A DNA stretch of 53,017 nucleotides, filler included, from Bipalium vagum (lineage: Eukaryota), in the NCBI GenBank assembly GCA_037834085.1. It is 3 parts of 3 records of this genome, joined end to end, with 100 filler letters (N's around TTAATTAATTAA, not from the genome) between each part and the next. Parts side by side here need not be neighbours in the genome. Positions count along the whole stretch, not along the records: positions 1 to 18,575 come from JBBMKC010022482.1; 2 more parts are not named here. One strand, given 5' to 3'. Under the pieces are notes generated by a model. That model searched no databases and was not told the origin of the DNA. It saw only the letters and a program-made list of their open reading frames with translations. Below, piece by piece: positions 1-12,662 of the stretch. Positions within the stretch are counted from its first letter, which is position 1. Each line of letters begins with the position of its first letter. The position numbers and the translations under genes were made by a program.

Positions 1-99
1 TATATATCTCCTAATTAAATATATTCAATTTAAATTTTTCTAAGAAAAAAGATTACCTATATTTAAATAATAAATCAATTTTATACAATTTAATTGCAG

Positions 100-742
100 T
101 AAATTCGAATTTTAATAATATTATCCATAGAGGAAAGAGTGCAAATTGTTCACCTGTAGCTATTATGGAATCAGCCACATTAGTCCGACGGTATTTAGAA
201 CATTTGAAATGGAAATAAATTCCTACGAGAACAACGAGAAAGATTTTTGGAAAATTCAAAAATACTTGGAGTGTTTCTGATTTTTGGAAGTTTGGGTGAC
301 CATAAATTTAAGATGAAAAAATATGTAAAATAAGTCAAGTTTGTGAAGAAGCATCTGAGAGATCGGTAAGAATTGTCCAGAAGAAGGTTGGATGCAGTTT
401 TAAAGCTGAATACAATATAGTACAAAACCCTTTTCAACTTTATTCAGCCATGATTTAAAACACAACTATATTGAAAGAATTTCAATGTGCGAAAGACTAA
501 TTCATAAAAATTAATAATCCACCTTTTCTTCAAAATCTAACATTAATTGATTTTTCTTTTGATACATCTGGAAACATGGGTATATAGAAAAAAAGTAAAA
601 AACATCCAAGACCTGAAAGACATTGTTCAAATAGAGACAGCTAGAATATTACCGAAAAGTGTGTCAAAATGTTATAATATTTTTTTATAATCGCTTACAT
701 AAGTGTATTAAAGATGATGATCATTTTGTAGAAAAATATTAG
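100..742 (+). mobile_element. Heavily decayed, internally deleted Tc1/mariner-superfamily transposase remnant (rosa/DD41D-like, DUF4817-type N-terminus)
   Basis: Manual translation across stops and frameshifts gives IPTRTTRKIFGKFKNTWSVSD (cf. TI..L..KF..TGSV.D), ERISMCERL and a terminal RLHKCIKDDDHFVEKY* (cf. R...CI...G.HFE). Boundaries approximate. Confidence 0.5.
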
Positions 743-795
743 ATTTTAATAAATAGATGTTACGGCGTCAAAAATTTGGAATCTCTTGTTGAATA

Positions 796-1958
796 TACGT
801 AGTGCGCTCATTAGGTACTTAGACTGAACAAAAAATATACAACCAATATTTTTAAACTTTCAGTAACAAAAATGTAGCAAGTCTATGTTTATTTTTCCAT
901 ATAACTTCCACAAAATTCCACACATTTTTGCCAACAAGACAACAAATTCAAAATACCTTTTTCATAAAAGGTTTTGGAGTAAGAAATCAAAAAATCAGTG
1001 ACGTAGTGCTGAAAATCAAATGCACAATCAAATAATTTTCCTTGCAAATCCTACTTCAGTTGTCGGAAGAAGTGAAAGTCACTGGGAACAAGATCGAGAC
1101 TGTATGATGTGTGAGAAACGAGTGATAATCAATACGAATCAATTTTTTCTTTTGTCAGATGTGATATGTGGATTGAGGCATTATCACGCATGAGCCACAG
1201 TTCAGTCTTTCTTCTTTTTTGCCGTTTTCCTCTTACTTCCTTTATAAGTTGGGCATAATATTCTGAATTGATTTTGACATCAGATGCTACAAAATTGACT
1301 ATGATAATGCCTTTCATATTCCAAAAGATTGTTAACATCAGATATTTTTTGTGAGATGTGCCAATTCTCATTTTAGTGTTTCTCCCTTGGCATCTTCTAT
1401 TCGGCAGATTCGCGTTTTCTTTCCGGTATTTTGTATATATCAAGGGTGTTTCATCTTATGCGAGTATGTTATTGAAAAAAGCATTTGCTAGATTTTTACA
1501 GATCTCTAAATTTTTCTGACAACACTTCAGTCGGTGTTGCTGCATATCATCTATGAGAAATCGCGAAAACAGCTTCTTAATGCCAATCTCATGCAGAAAC
1601 ATATGCAATATACCTTTTGAGATGTTAAATTAAAAACACCAGTTCGGTCACTTTTGAATTCGCGAATCTTATTATAAATTGTTACTTTACAAGATCACTC
1701 ACTCTTGTAAGCATCGTGCTGTTTATTAATAATTTCTTGGAAATTTGTTTGCTTCAGCAGCAGAAATATGATTACACTAAGATATTCAAAATTGTCATTT
1801 TTTGAAATAGTTCAATTATCCTAAAAACAAAAATAATTTAGAAAAACAAAAATAACTTATCTTTACCTATTGAATTTTAAAATAAATCACTTTCAATATC
1901 TTTTTTGTGAAATAATTATTTCCTGTCTAGTCTAAGTATTTAATGGGTGCACCACGTA
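796..1958 (-). mobile_element. Mariner (DD34D) transposon, full length between TIRs, transposase inactivated
   Basis: Imperfect ~35-bp TIRs: tacgtagtgcgctcattaggtacttagact vs reverse complement tacgtggtgcacccattaaatacttagact, with TA on the left flank. ORF 1129-1443 has MLTIFWNMKGII...INSEYY...MRDNASIH. The downstream frame reads SYSLDLVPSDFHFFRQLK* (YSPDLAPSD motif). Stops and frameshifts present. Confidence 0.9.
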
Positions 1959-2833
1959 TGTAACAGTTTTATATTTTAAAATCGGATATTTACTCGATAT
2001 ATACTTTATATAAATGAATCCTTAATCAAACTTTAGTTTTTTAATATCCCCAATTAATATTTTTAAAATATGATAATATTCATAAATGACATATTCCATA
2101 GGTTTTTCCTTCATAAAAAGTAGACAATTTTATTGTAAATAAACAACCAAATAAGAACTATAATACTATGTGAAAGGAAAATCTTTCAGTTGGTTTCACT
2201 ATCTTTGGCTCGTCATTAAATCTTGAAAATTTTCCCAATATAACCTAATGCTGAACAAGACAATTTTCGTCTGATGCCGTTCTCGGATGTTTTATTTCCT
2301 ATTTATTTCCTGTTTGCTTTTATCAATTAAAAGAACATACAGCTCTAATCTCAATTTCATAAAATTTATTAATAAATAATTATTTAATTGATTCTTTAAA
2401 ACATTTCCTAGAATATTATTACTCTTTTCTTAATTTAATAATTAACTTGAAATCTTATCAAATATGTTTTAATCAAATCAAAAAACGTGTCTTCGTAATA
2501 TTCTTGTAGTCTTCACAAGTAATATTCAATAATGAAAATGATAAAAATGAAATGATAATAATATAAAATCAATAAAATAATTTTGAAACATACCGGAGTT
2601 TTGTAAAAGTTGATTTTTTCTAATTGATGTGAAAACAATTTAACAAAATTTTAAAGAAAAAAAAATTATTAAATTTTTGGTAAAAAAAATAAATAAAATA
2701 AGAAAAACGACAATGGAAAATAATTAACAAGTTCTTTACTTTCTAAAGAAAATGAACTGTAAAAGTAAAGATTATTAAAAAAAATGAATAATTTTAAAGT
2801 TTTGTGAAGTCTTTTGTATTTATAATTTTTTTA

Positions 2834-3900
2834 TTCTAAAATCTCAAAAAATTCCCAAAGAGAATTTATTTTTGGTCTAAAAAGGTTTGGCAAAATTGAG
2901 GGATAGGGAATTTTTTGAGTAGTTTTGTGAACAAAGAAAAATTAGATAAAAAGCGTTTATTCGTCACATATTTCTATATAATCAGATTTTGGTGTCTCGG
3001 GTATTAAAAACCCCTTCGTTTTCGTGATATCGAACTATGAAAGTTTTCACCAAACTGTTAATATTGTGCAATTATTAAATCATTTTAGTCATTCAAAAAA
3101 AATCAAACATTTTGAAATCAATTCCGTATCTGATGTATTCCATGCCTTCAGCAACTAGCATGAAATGAATTCATTGGAAGGCACTTTAATGTTTCCTTTT
3201 CAAGCCTTCATCTGACTGGAAATAACCCAATACATAATTGCGAATTATGAATCTAATATATTTAAACCAGAATATATCGGCTAGTTGAAGAATTCCTGTT
3301 AATCCAAAGGGAGTCACATAAATCTTTCTTGTGTTATAAATCCATGACTTTCTTTGAATACAAACAAAATTGTTCTCTGTGTTTAAATATAAGTGGAAAA
3401 AGTAATTCTATTCAAGTTTTGAATTATTTCAAGATTTATCAGAATATAGAAGCACAACAACATATAAAATCTTTATTGATTCAGTCTGTGCTTACAAAAT
3501 GACAGTTGACAATATTTTGTTGCCAGTGACAGAAGTTGCACAAAATCTAGAACTTCACTTTTAGCAGCAATGTTACCAGAGACAACAGTGTCATAAATAT
3601 TACTGGTCATCCATATTATAGAGATTTTCAATATTCAGAGATGATAGCTAGTCTCAACCTCTTCAAAATTTGCCACTTTTACTGCTGTTTCAACGTATTC
3701 TTCCGCTTGGATCATATTCTTGGATCATTTTTTCAATCTAGAATTCCCAATTTTTTTTCTTATTCTAGATTAGATCGAAATATCGATTGCACCATTTGAT
3801 AAATTTTTCCAAACCATTTTCTCTTCGATAAATCTTTGGAATAAATCGATTCAGGATCGCAGGTGGAGTGGTCGCCATGTGAGCTTCAGTAGAACTCCTC
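2834..3900 (-). mobile_element. Decayed pogo-like (DDE_1/CENP-B type) transposon
   Basis: Minus strand reads TPFGLTGILQLADIFWFKYIR (cf. IPGGLT..LQP.D..W.K) and LKVPSNEFISC*LLKAWNTSDTELISKC. Its 3' half aligns by eye with the copy at 37660-38649, including the terminus. The 5' boundary is uncertain. Confidence 0.7.
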
Positions 3901-4899
3901 TTTTGTCATTTATTTAATCAAAAATCAAAATTTATGATGTAATTAAAATATCAACAATTATTTGTTAATTTGTAAATTATCTCTTAATAAATGTTTTGTT
4001 TTGTTTATTACATTTCACATTCATCTGTAGAATTTCTGAAACTTTTGAATCCGTTTGAATAACGATTATTAATTGCCGTTTTTATATCCACTCGTCCTCA
4101 CCTTTTAGCTATTTGATTCTTTGTTATAGTGTATTAAAACAAATATTCTAATATTAAAACAAATTTTCTTTGATATTAAAACAAAATTTAATTCTCCAAT
4201 TTCTTCTTTACGAAAAACTCCATAATTAAAAAATGGGATTGCTAATATTTTGGAAACGAAATTTTTTTCTAATTTCCTTAAACATTTTATAAAAGATATT
4301 AATCAAACAAAATTCATTAATGTTGAAAATGAATTTGGAGTATTTATGAACCCAAATGACGCCCGTATAAAATTTTTTGCATCACTAAATTTGATTTGTA
4401 TTCGTAATTTATGTTCTATAATTTTTATTAATTTATTTTCAGTTTTTATATTAAAAATTTTTTTCATTGATTAAACAAATCTGGAATTATAATATTATAA
4501 TATTATTAGAATATTATAATATTATGCAATATTATTATTAACGTTTCTTCTAACTGAAATTATTGTTTATACTTGGAAAATATATACAGAAATCGCTATC
4601 AACATTTTGCAGTCGTTAATATTTTTGGAAAGTTGCAATTGGAAATATAAATAAAGTGATTTTTACCGTGAGAATGTTAATAAAAACATGAAAATATTTT
4701 ATAAATAAATAATAAATTATTGTTTATACGAAAATATTATTATGATTAAAAATATTTCGATTTTTGTTGAAATTCGATTATATATATTTTAATTTTTACT
4801 TGTGAATTTTTTGAAATACAATTATTCGTTTTAAAAAATCAATGAAATAAAATTTTATATAAATTGATTTTTTACTTGTAAATATATTGATCACTGGTA

Positions 4900-5432
4900 G
4901 GATCTATTAAATCTGGCAATCACTAGACAAAAAATTTATTTAGGAAATCTTCCCTTTTATCTTCATCAACTCCTTTCCTGCCTTTGATTTTTCTTTTTAG
5001 TTTTCTGACAATCGTAAACTTTATTATATTTTAACATCAATAATATTTGATTAAATGGTTTCTTTTAAAACCAATATAGAAACATAAATTCATTTAGGAA
5101 ATCTCTTTTATCTTCATCAATTCATTATCCTCTCTTTGATTTTCTGTTCAGTTTATTATTAAAACTTTCCACATTTTGTGTATGAACTCTTGTTTCTGGG
5201 TCAACAAAATGATACTTGTGAACAACAGATTCATGTGTATACCCTGAACCTGTTTTACCCAAGGCAAAATAAGATTGAGCTTCATCTGTATATATTGTTT
5301 ATCGAATTTAACCACTTTTTTATTTTTTAGCAAAATGTTATATGCTCTTTTATCCAGTATAATTTATATATATAAATCTGACAAACACTTTATGTAACCA
5401 ATTATGTAACCAAGCCAGACTTTAATAGATCC
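4900..5432 (-). mobile_element. Non-autonomous Merlin (IS1016/IS1595-like, ISXO2 DDE) transposon derivative
   Basis: TIRs start with GG: ggatctattaaa-tctggc (4900-4917) vs reverse complement ggatctattaaagtctggc (5414-5432). A minus-strand frame not shown in the ORF track reads TDEAQSYFALGKTGSGYTHESVVHKYHFVDPETRVHTQNVESFNNKL...DFLNEFMF, matching the ISXO2-like transposase consensus TD.W..Y..L...GY.H..VNH...FVDP.TG.HTQ.IES. Confidence 0.85.
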
Positions 5433-7471
5433 AAAATGTTTAAAATGAAAAATTTAAGTGAACCTAATAGGAATACCCATGACAATCAAAACATGGACAA
5501 CAGTTATTTATCTGTTTTTTATATATTTCAGACAAAGAATGAATTCCAGTATAAAAAATCGCACCATTTTACCTTTTTAAGTAAGGAATTCAATTTGAGT
5601 CTTTTTAATTGTCATGAAGGCTATATTAGTTTAAAATGACTAACTATCGTTTTTTCAGATTCTTTTTTTTATTTAGAAAAAACACAATATGTTTTTAATA
5701 AAACTTTTTAAAACCTTCAATTGATTTCCTTTTATTCTTCATTTGTTTTAGTATCTTCTTTTTCTCCGGTGTTGTATCTTCTCTTGACTTGTGTCAAAAA
5801 ACTTGTGCTCATTTCCAAAATTGATATTTTTCTTCATTCACAAGCGTTTTTATCGCTATTTTCTTCATTTTATGAATTTGTCTTGTGGTTATTTTACTCT
5901 TTTTTATTAAATCACAAATAAAGTTTGACTATCACCAACCAAAAGTTTAACCAATCCCATAAAAGATTCAAATTACATTTCATATCCTTTTCTCCCTATT
6001 GTCAAGAACCCTTCGATACCAGGTTACCTGGGAGATCCTCAGCGCGATCCTATTTATTCAGTAAATCTTAAATTGGGATGATTTATGTCGAAAATTGTTC
6101 ATCAAGATGTTCTTCATTTTAAAATCCAAATACCGAATCTTATGGTTTCTTTGTTTGTATCATTTGCTTCCTGAAAGCTTGCAAATTCGTATCTATTTTT
6201 AAAAAAATTTGGAGAGATTATTAAGAAAATCTTAATTCTGTAAAATTAATTAATCTTAATTATCAGTTTAAGAATTGATGTGGAAAAATTTCGTTTAAAC
6301 TCTCATCTACTCAGATTATAATTTAGTTGAACAGGTACCAAGCTAAAGAACCATTATCTGATGTGAATCTACCAATAGATCAATAGAAAAAAGATTTACA
6401 TCTACCAAAAGATTTGCAAGAAATTTTTAGCCAAAGCTTGCACAAAAATATTTTGATTACACATAGATACTGCCCAAAGCGTTAAGACGAGTTTTAAGTA
6501 ATAAAATATTTTTTAGAAGTTTTCTTTTTTTATAATATATATGACTTTTAAAAAGTAACTGCAACTTTAAAAAATAAATGCAACTTTATCATTTTTAGTG
6601 CAACAAAAAATTGCCCTAGTCATCAAACATTATGAAGATTGTTTACTAAATAATTAAATAGTCATATAATTGGTGATGTTTTTAAATCAATATTAAAACA
6701 AAAATTACGTTATAAGCAAAATTAATATTTTTTTTATTAATTATCACTTCAAAATAAACGGTTGAATTTTAAATGAAAATGACAAAAGAGGTTTTTGCTC
6801 AACCCAACTTTTTATAAATTTAAAAATTCAGATTAGTATAGATTGGATTAGTTTCGATCTCTTATTTGAATAAAATAATTAACCCCATTTTTCTGAGTAA
6901 AGATTGATTACATTGATTGACATTTTCTAAAGATTTAATTAGGTTCAATACAAATCTAATGAAAGACCTAGTTAATTTATTTTTAACCTAACAATAATTT
7001 GGGAATTAATATATAAAATCCCTTTTCTGATTTTGTATTTTATAAAATTGTATTTATACCAAATTATAATTCTATTTGTTTTAAATAATTATATTTTTAA
7101 TGATTTTTATTATTATTAATTATTATTTTATCTTTTTATTAATGTTCAATAAACCATGTTCAAATGAAATTAACAGTTTCAGAAAATGATAGAAAATAAT
7201 TTAAATCAATCAAATCATAAAGGATAAATTAATAAAGAAAAAAAACAAAGTGATGATTATAATGAAAAAGAAAATTGGTAACAAAAAGGACAATTTATGA
7301 AACCAAATCATTTGAAATTATATTTAATTTAAAAAGATTGAAATATTAAATTAAATAAAATTAAAATTAGTAAGAAAAGGAGAGATTCAATAGAGAAATC
7401 TTAATATTTCTGAGGTGTTATATTTAATGAGTAATAAATAAATAAATAAAAATTAATTAATTAATATATTA

Positions 7472-7485
7472 ACTACTACTACTAC

Positions 7486-7523
<38 letters not shown>
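7472..7523. repeat. Compound microsatellite (ACT)5(AAT)n
   Basis: Read directly from sequence. Confidence 0.95.
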
Positions 7524-7526
<3 letters not shown>

Positions 7527-7929
7527 TAGTAATGCAAAAATCAGAATAGTATATTATTTAATAAAACAACAGTAACTGGTGGAATTTCTCATTGTTCTTT
7601 TAATATTAAATAGTAAATAAAAAGCATTTCATTGGAACTTGTCTTATTGTAATTTTTCAAATAATATTTTACTGTCTGTAAGTTTATAAATAAAAATAAA
7701 CTTTCAACAGATCTTAGTTTAAGAAAATTCCATTTATAAACCGTATACATTACTTAATCCTCCTATTTTTATCAATACAGAACAGCAATGGAGTCTGTCT
7801 CACTCTTTATCTTTATTGGTTCAATTTCTGTAAGACGGATAAATAGTGCGGATTCAAATAGAAACGTTATAATATAATAAACATATTAATACAATACATA
7901 GTTACATCATTATCAAACGAAAGCATTTT

Positions 7930-8800
7930 AATGTACAGTCTTCATCATTGTAAATAAATTTTTCCAAACGTATAATTAATTGTTCGGTTATTCCTTTAAA
8001 AATATCCGCAATCTCAATAGCAAATCAAATTATCAATGAACATAAAACTTTAAGGGTATTCCAGAGATGCAGTACTTAGGAGATCGATAAATATGAATTG
8101 CTGGGGGCTAGGTCAGGCAGCCATATCAGGTGAAGTGAAATATTCCAATTTGTCATTGAGAAAACTTAATGATCAAAGATTGTTCTGTTGCAAATCGAAC
8201 TTTCAGGTTATTTGGCAGAAAAAAACAAAAATTTATTAATATAACAGCTCATCTCGAGGAACACTCATTTTCAGCTGATTCCAGATGATCCTCCGGTATG
8301 GTTGTTTAGTCAGCAGGGTTCTGTCTATGAAGCCCGTTTTCTGATGATTACTCTCAATCACCAACAGAGCAAAAGTAATAGTTCATGCAACTCAGGTTCA
8401 TACACTATTTAAAACGTGTTGCATCTGCATAATTTCTACCACTAATTATATCACCGGTTGGCGATAAATTCCAATGTTCATTGTATGATTTAAAAACAAC
8501 TATGAATTTTTTTTCGTAAATTCTTAATTTTAACCACTTTTCCTTTCGTACTAATGTCAGAAATCTGTTACTTAGTTAACAAAATGTTTACTAGCATATT
8601 TTCAAGTCGTTTGACATGAAGTGTTCCTGAAGAAATTGATTCAGGAAGTCTTATTTCAAGTCAAGGTTTCTTACATAAAACATTCTATTACAAAAATCGA
8701 AATTGATCTCGGTGATACAAGACAAATATATTCGTCATTTCAATACTTTCTTATAAGCTAAACAAACGCTTATGATAACCAATCTAATATTTACTCCTAT
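7930..8800 (-). mobile_element. Highly decayed mariner transposase remnant
   Basis: Minus-strand fragments in the expected order: PELHELLLLLCW (cf. P.LH.KKVMLCVWW), FFLPNNLKVRFATEQ (cf. FLHDNARPH.A), PDLAPSNSYL at about 8090-8117. Confidence 0.6.
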
Positions 8801-11699
8801 ATTAAACTTGATAAATAAAATATGTTCGAATTATTATTCCTATTAACATGTCCAATCATTTTCATAAGCCAAGTTAAAATTATTTTTATTCAATAAATTA
8901 AAAGTACTTAGGTACTATAATTTCCTCACTTGTTCAAAGTAATATTTAAACAAAACTAAAAATTATCTAATAACTAATTAAAATAGTTAACGAAATTAAA
9001 TCGACATATTTTTCTTCTGTAAAAGTAGATCTCGAAAAATTATTTTTTCCATGCAAAATGCACAATGGAAATCGAAGGATTCTTTTATTTCTGTATCAAT
9101 TATTGTATTGATTTTATAATATATCTTATCATTTTCACGATAATTAATGATTTCTGACATGTTTTGTACTTCAGTATGATGATGAAGAAATTTAAGTAAT
9201 AAATTAATAAAATATGTAACTAATACATTTATTAAAATCATAAGATAAACAAAAATATTAGTTAAATTTTGAAAAATGAATATTAAAAAATAAATATGAA
9301 CTCTAATAGCATATTTATTCGTTATTTGTTTTGTAGTTATTTAATACTGTATATTTAATAATGTTATTTAATACTGTATGTTTAGTTATTTGTTAAATTT
9401 TAGTTTTTGTTTAAATATTACTTTTAAAAGTACATAAGTACCAAATTTAAAATTAATTTCTCTATTCATTAACTATATTTTATACACAATTTCAATGTTT
9501 TGTGAATATTTAGTGAAATTAAACAAACCAGCAATATTAACGCATCAACCAATACATGTTTTTGAAAAATTTTAATTAAAAAAAATTTTTATATCCCTTA
9601 ATCAAGTAATAGTCTTCAAAATGGTGTCCTTCTTTGAAATAAATATTTTAAAACATTCTAAAAATTAATATTAATAAAATATTAAGAATTTTTTAAAAAT
9701 ATTGACGATTAAATCTTTATAATAAAATTATTATCTTTTTAATTAAAATAAAATCTTTTACATCTTTATCAAAAACATAAATATAATAATTAACAAATAA
9801 ATAAATAATATTAAAATATATTGATTAAATGAGCATTTATTACAAATGTCAAAAATTTAAAAACTGTATATCATAAATGAGTTCGTAATTATTTCGTAAT
9901 ACATTTTATGATTGGTAATTTTTGTTTATTAAAACAAATTAATTTTATTTGTTAAATATAAATAATTATCTTGAATTTTATATTAATTGTTGATAGTAAC
10001 ATAATAGGTCTTAGTAACATAATTGGAAATAAAATTAATTTCGTACAACATTTCTACATTTTGTTACTTTTTCCATTAAAATAGAGGATTAATGAAAAAT
10101 TGATTAAAATTAATTTAATTTAACAATAATATATCCGTAATTCCCAGACGTAAATCCATATATCAGAATGACCAGTTTCAATATGAATATCATTGAGAAA
10201 TATAAATAATCTTATATAACGAGACAAAATCTTCTGGTAAAAATCCTCGCAATTTTACAATTGCTATTGGGTTTGTTTTAATATTAATAAACAAATGGAA
10301 AATAATTATCAGATTCTGTCCTGAAGAATGCTGCTTTGTTTCTCGGAAAGACTTCGATTATGTCTTGAAGGAATATAATGAAAAAATTATTTTAAAATAA
10401 TATTTATCTTACAAAAAAGTCTATCAGCCCTTTGAGAGTCTAAGGTGTCAGAAAAATGCGTTTGTGTTTAAATTTTCTCTTTTTATTTTTATTTACTCCA
10501 GAACAAGATAATCCAAAAAATTATTTTAACAACGCAGTAGCCGGGCTTGGGTATATGTTAAAAGGGAGTATCTTTGGATATACATTGTTAATCAATATTA
10601 ATTTTGTATCCCGATCACAATATTCTCTTAACAGTTCTGAACAAGGACGACCTTGTTATTCAATGTTCGTTAATCTGCCCTTGTTTAAATTATATATATT
10701 TCTTTAATAATTTTAATCAATTTATACTCTGCATTCAAAGTATTTCTCCATCTCTCTATTTTTCAAGCTTATTTCAATGTGGAATGTTTCACTTGAAGTT
10801 TATTCATTATACCTGTTATTCATTATACCTGTTATTCACTACTAAGACAGCTATAACAAATCAGTTCATGTATTTTAATAAATCATTCCTCAAAGGAACC
10901 AGTTATAGACCGGTGATTGATCTGATCAAAACCAATTTCATTGTGAAGAATTGAATTCATCGTTTGTATCTTAACTCTCTCACTTTGAATATGAAAAGTT
11001 ACTTAACCTTGAGAATATTTAAGTTGAATGTATATTTTAAGCAAAGTAAGTCGTTAGAACTACTGAAGAAAAGCTTGAAAAAATTCAGATAAAAGATATC
11101 GGTAACGATATAGTATCTCTCCCAATTTTTATTTTAAAGTTTTTATAGAACAATTATAATCATAAAATTATCAAAAATTATTATCACAGAAATATTTTTT
11201 CACGATGAATTGGACAGTTGACTTTGGACATTGTAAAATAGTGGAGATCTGACAAAAGCTGATTTCATCATTTCTTAATTTTAGAAATGCATTTCTGAAA
11301 TCAGATGAGTGTTCTTTTAACCTAAATCCCATTATAATGTTTTGATTGCTGAAAGACTACATGTGTTTATTATGTAAAATTAATGCTTAGTCAATGATAA
11401 CTATTTACCTTTATTTTAAATATATTGGTCAATAAATATTAAAACAAAATGATATGAACAATATTGTTAGAATTTGCATAAATTTTATTTAATATAATTT
11501 TAGTTTGCTTTATAATTAAATTTTATAAACGGTTTTGTTAAATGCAAGGAGTTAAATCAATAAAAATACTTTGTTTCATTTCACAAGTTTCTTTCTCTTT
11601 TCTAAATCTAACTTTATTATGAAATAGTACGAATACCTTTTGCAGATAGTGTGTACAATATATAATATTATATTTGAAAATATCGTCTTTACCAAAAAG

Positions 11700-11900
11700 T
11701 TTCAATTTTATTAATTAGAGTCATAAGTTTTTTGAGAACTTCTTAAAATGTCTCAGTCTTGTTTAATGTTGACAGAATGTTCAATTTAAAAAAAGGTATC
11801 ACTGCTGACTGGAACCTGATTTTTGCAAGAAGAACAAAGTCTATGCTGATGAGTTCTTAAAAATTATCTTGTAAATGGCAGAAATCGCTGGATCAACATG
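11700..11900 (-). mobile_element. Possible hAT C-terminal dimerization-domain remnant
   Basis: Frameshifted minus-strand fragments F*ELISIDFVLLA, VPVSS and FFKLNILSTLNKTETF*EVLKKLMTL resemble hAT 'FP.L..LA..LL..PVSS...ER.FS.L..I.T..R..L....L..LM.L'. Confidence 0.33.
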
Positions 11901-12573
11901 ATTTTTAATAAAAAGAGAACCAAAGTAACTTTGCGAATAATCAAATATTTTCACAATAAGCATTTTAGTCAAAAGAGATTAAATTTGCGTTCGTATGGGT
12001 AGAAATGACATTATGATAAGAGGAATGGCTAAAGAGTGAATGAAATATGAAGAAATTTCAAAAAGTGATAAAAGTTCTCTTTTTCATAAATATTTCATAA
12101 AGTTTATCGAAGTTTTGAGTCAGGTGTTTTTTATATTGACGAAATAATTTTTCTATGGGAGAGAAAAAGTAATAATTATAAAAACAGAAAAAAAATTTAT
12201 CACAATGAATATATAATGTACAACCCTAATACATTTTTCGGAATAGAAAATTAATTATTTTTTATATTCATATAAAGATAAATCAATTATTTCTCTTATT
12301 TTAATCAATTACTAATATTTTCATTTTACCGTTTAGTTCACACTGAGTTTTTTTGTCGAAATATTGAATTATGACCACACGAGTAATTCATTAATCACTT
12401 ATTTGATTAAATTTCTTTTTCCAACGTCATGCCTTATATATTTATATTTTTTATATTTATTAATGTTTTTATTGCATATTTCACAAAAAATTGACCCTTA
12501 AAAATTCTTAGTTCTTCGAATAATAAATAATATTTTGCAACAGTTGGAATATTCCTGTGAATGTATCAGTTAA

Positions 12574-12662
12574 CCCTTTGAGTCATTGTGGTATTTAATA
12601 ATTAATAATTAATAATTATAATTAATGTGCATCGGGGGTTATTTTTAGACTACCTCAAAGAA
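12574..12662. mobile_element. Possible tiny piggyBac-type MITE
   Basis: Flanked by TTAA on both sides (12570-12573, 12663-12666). Termini ccctttgag / ctcaaagaa form a 7/9 inverted match. Confidence 0.3.

Noticed and set aside
6540-6618. TAGGG-type hAT terminus (similar one at about 29438)
   Set aside because: No partner TIR or 8-bp TSD identified.
11840-11890. CTGATGA motifs (also about 8341 and 24824) as hammerhead ribozyme cores
   Set aside because: No stem II followed by GAAA and no flanking stems I/III could be built. The motif is expected by chance.
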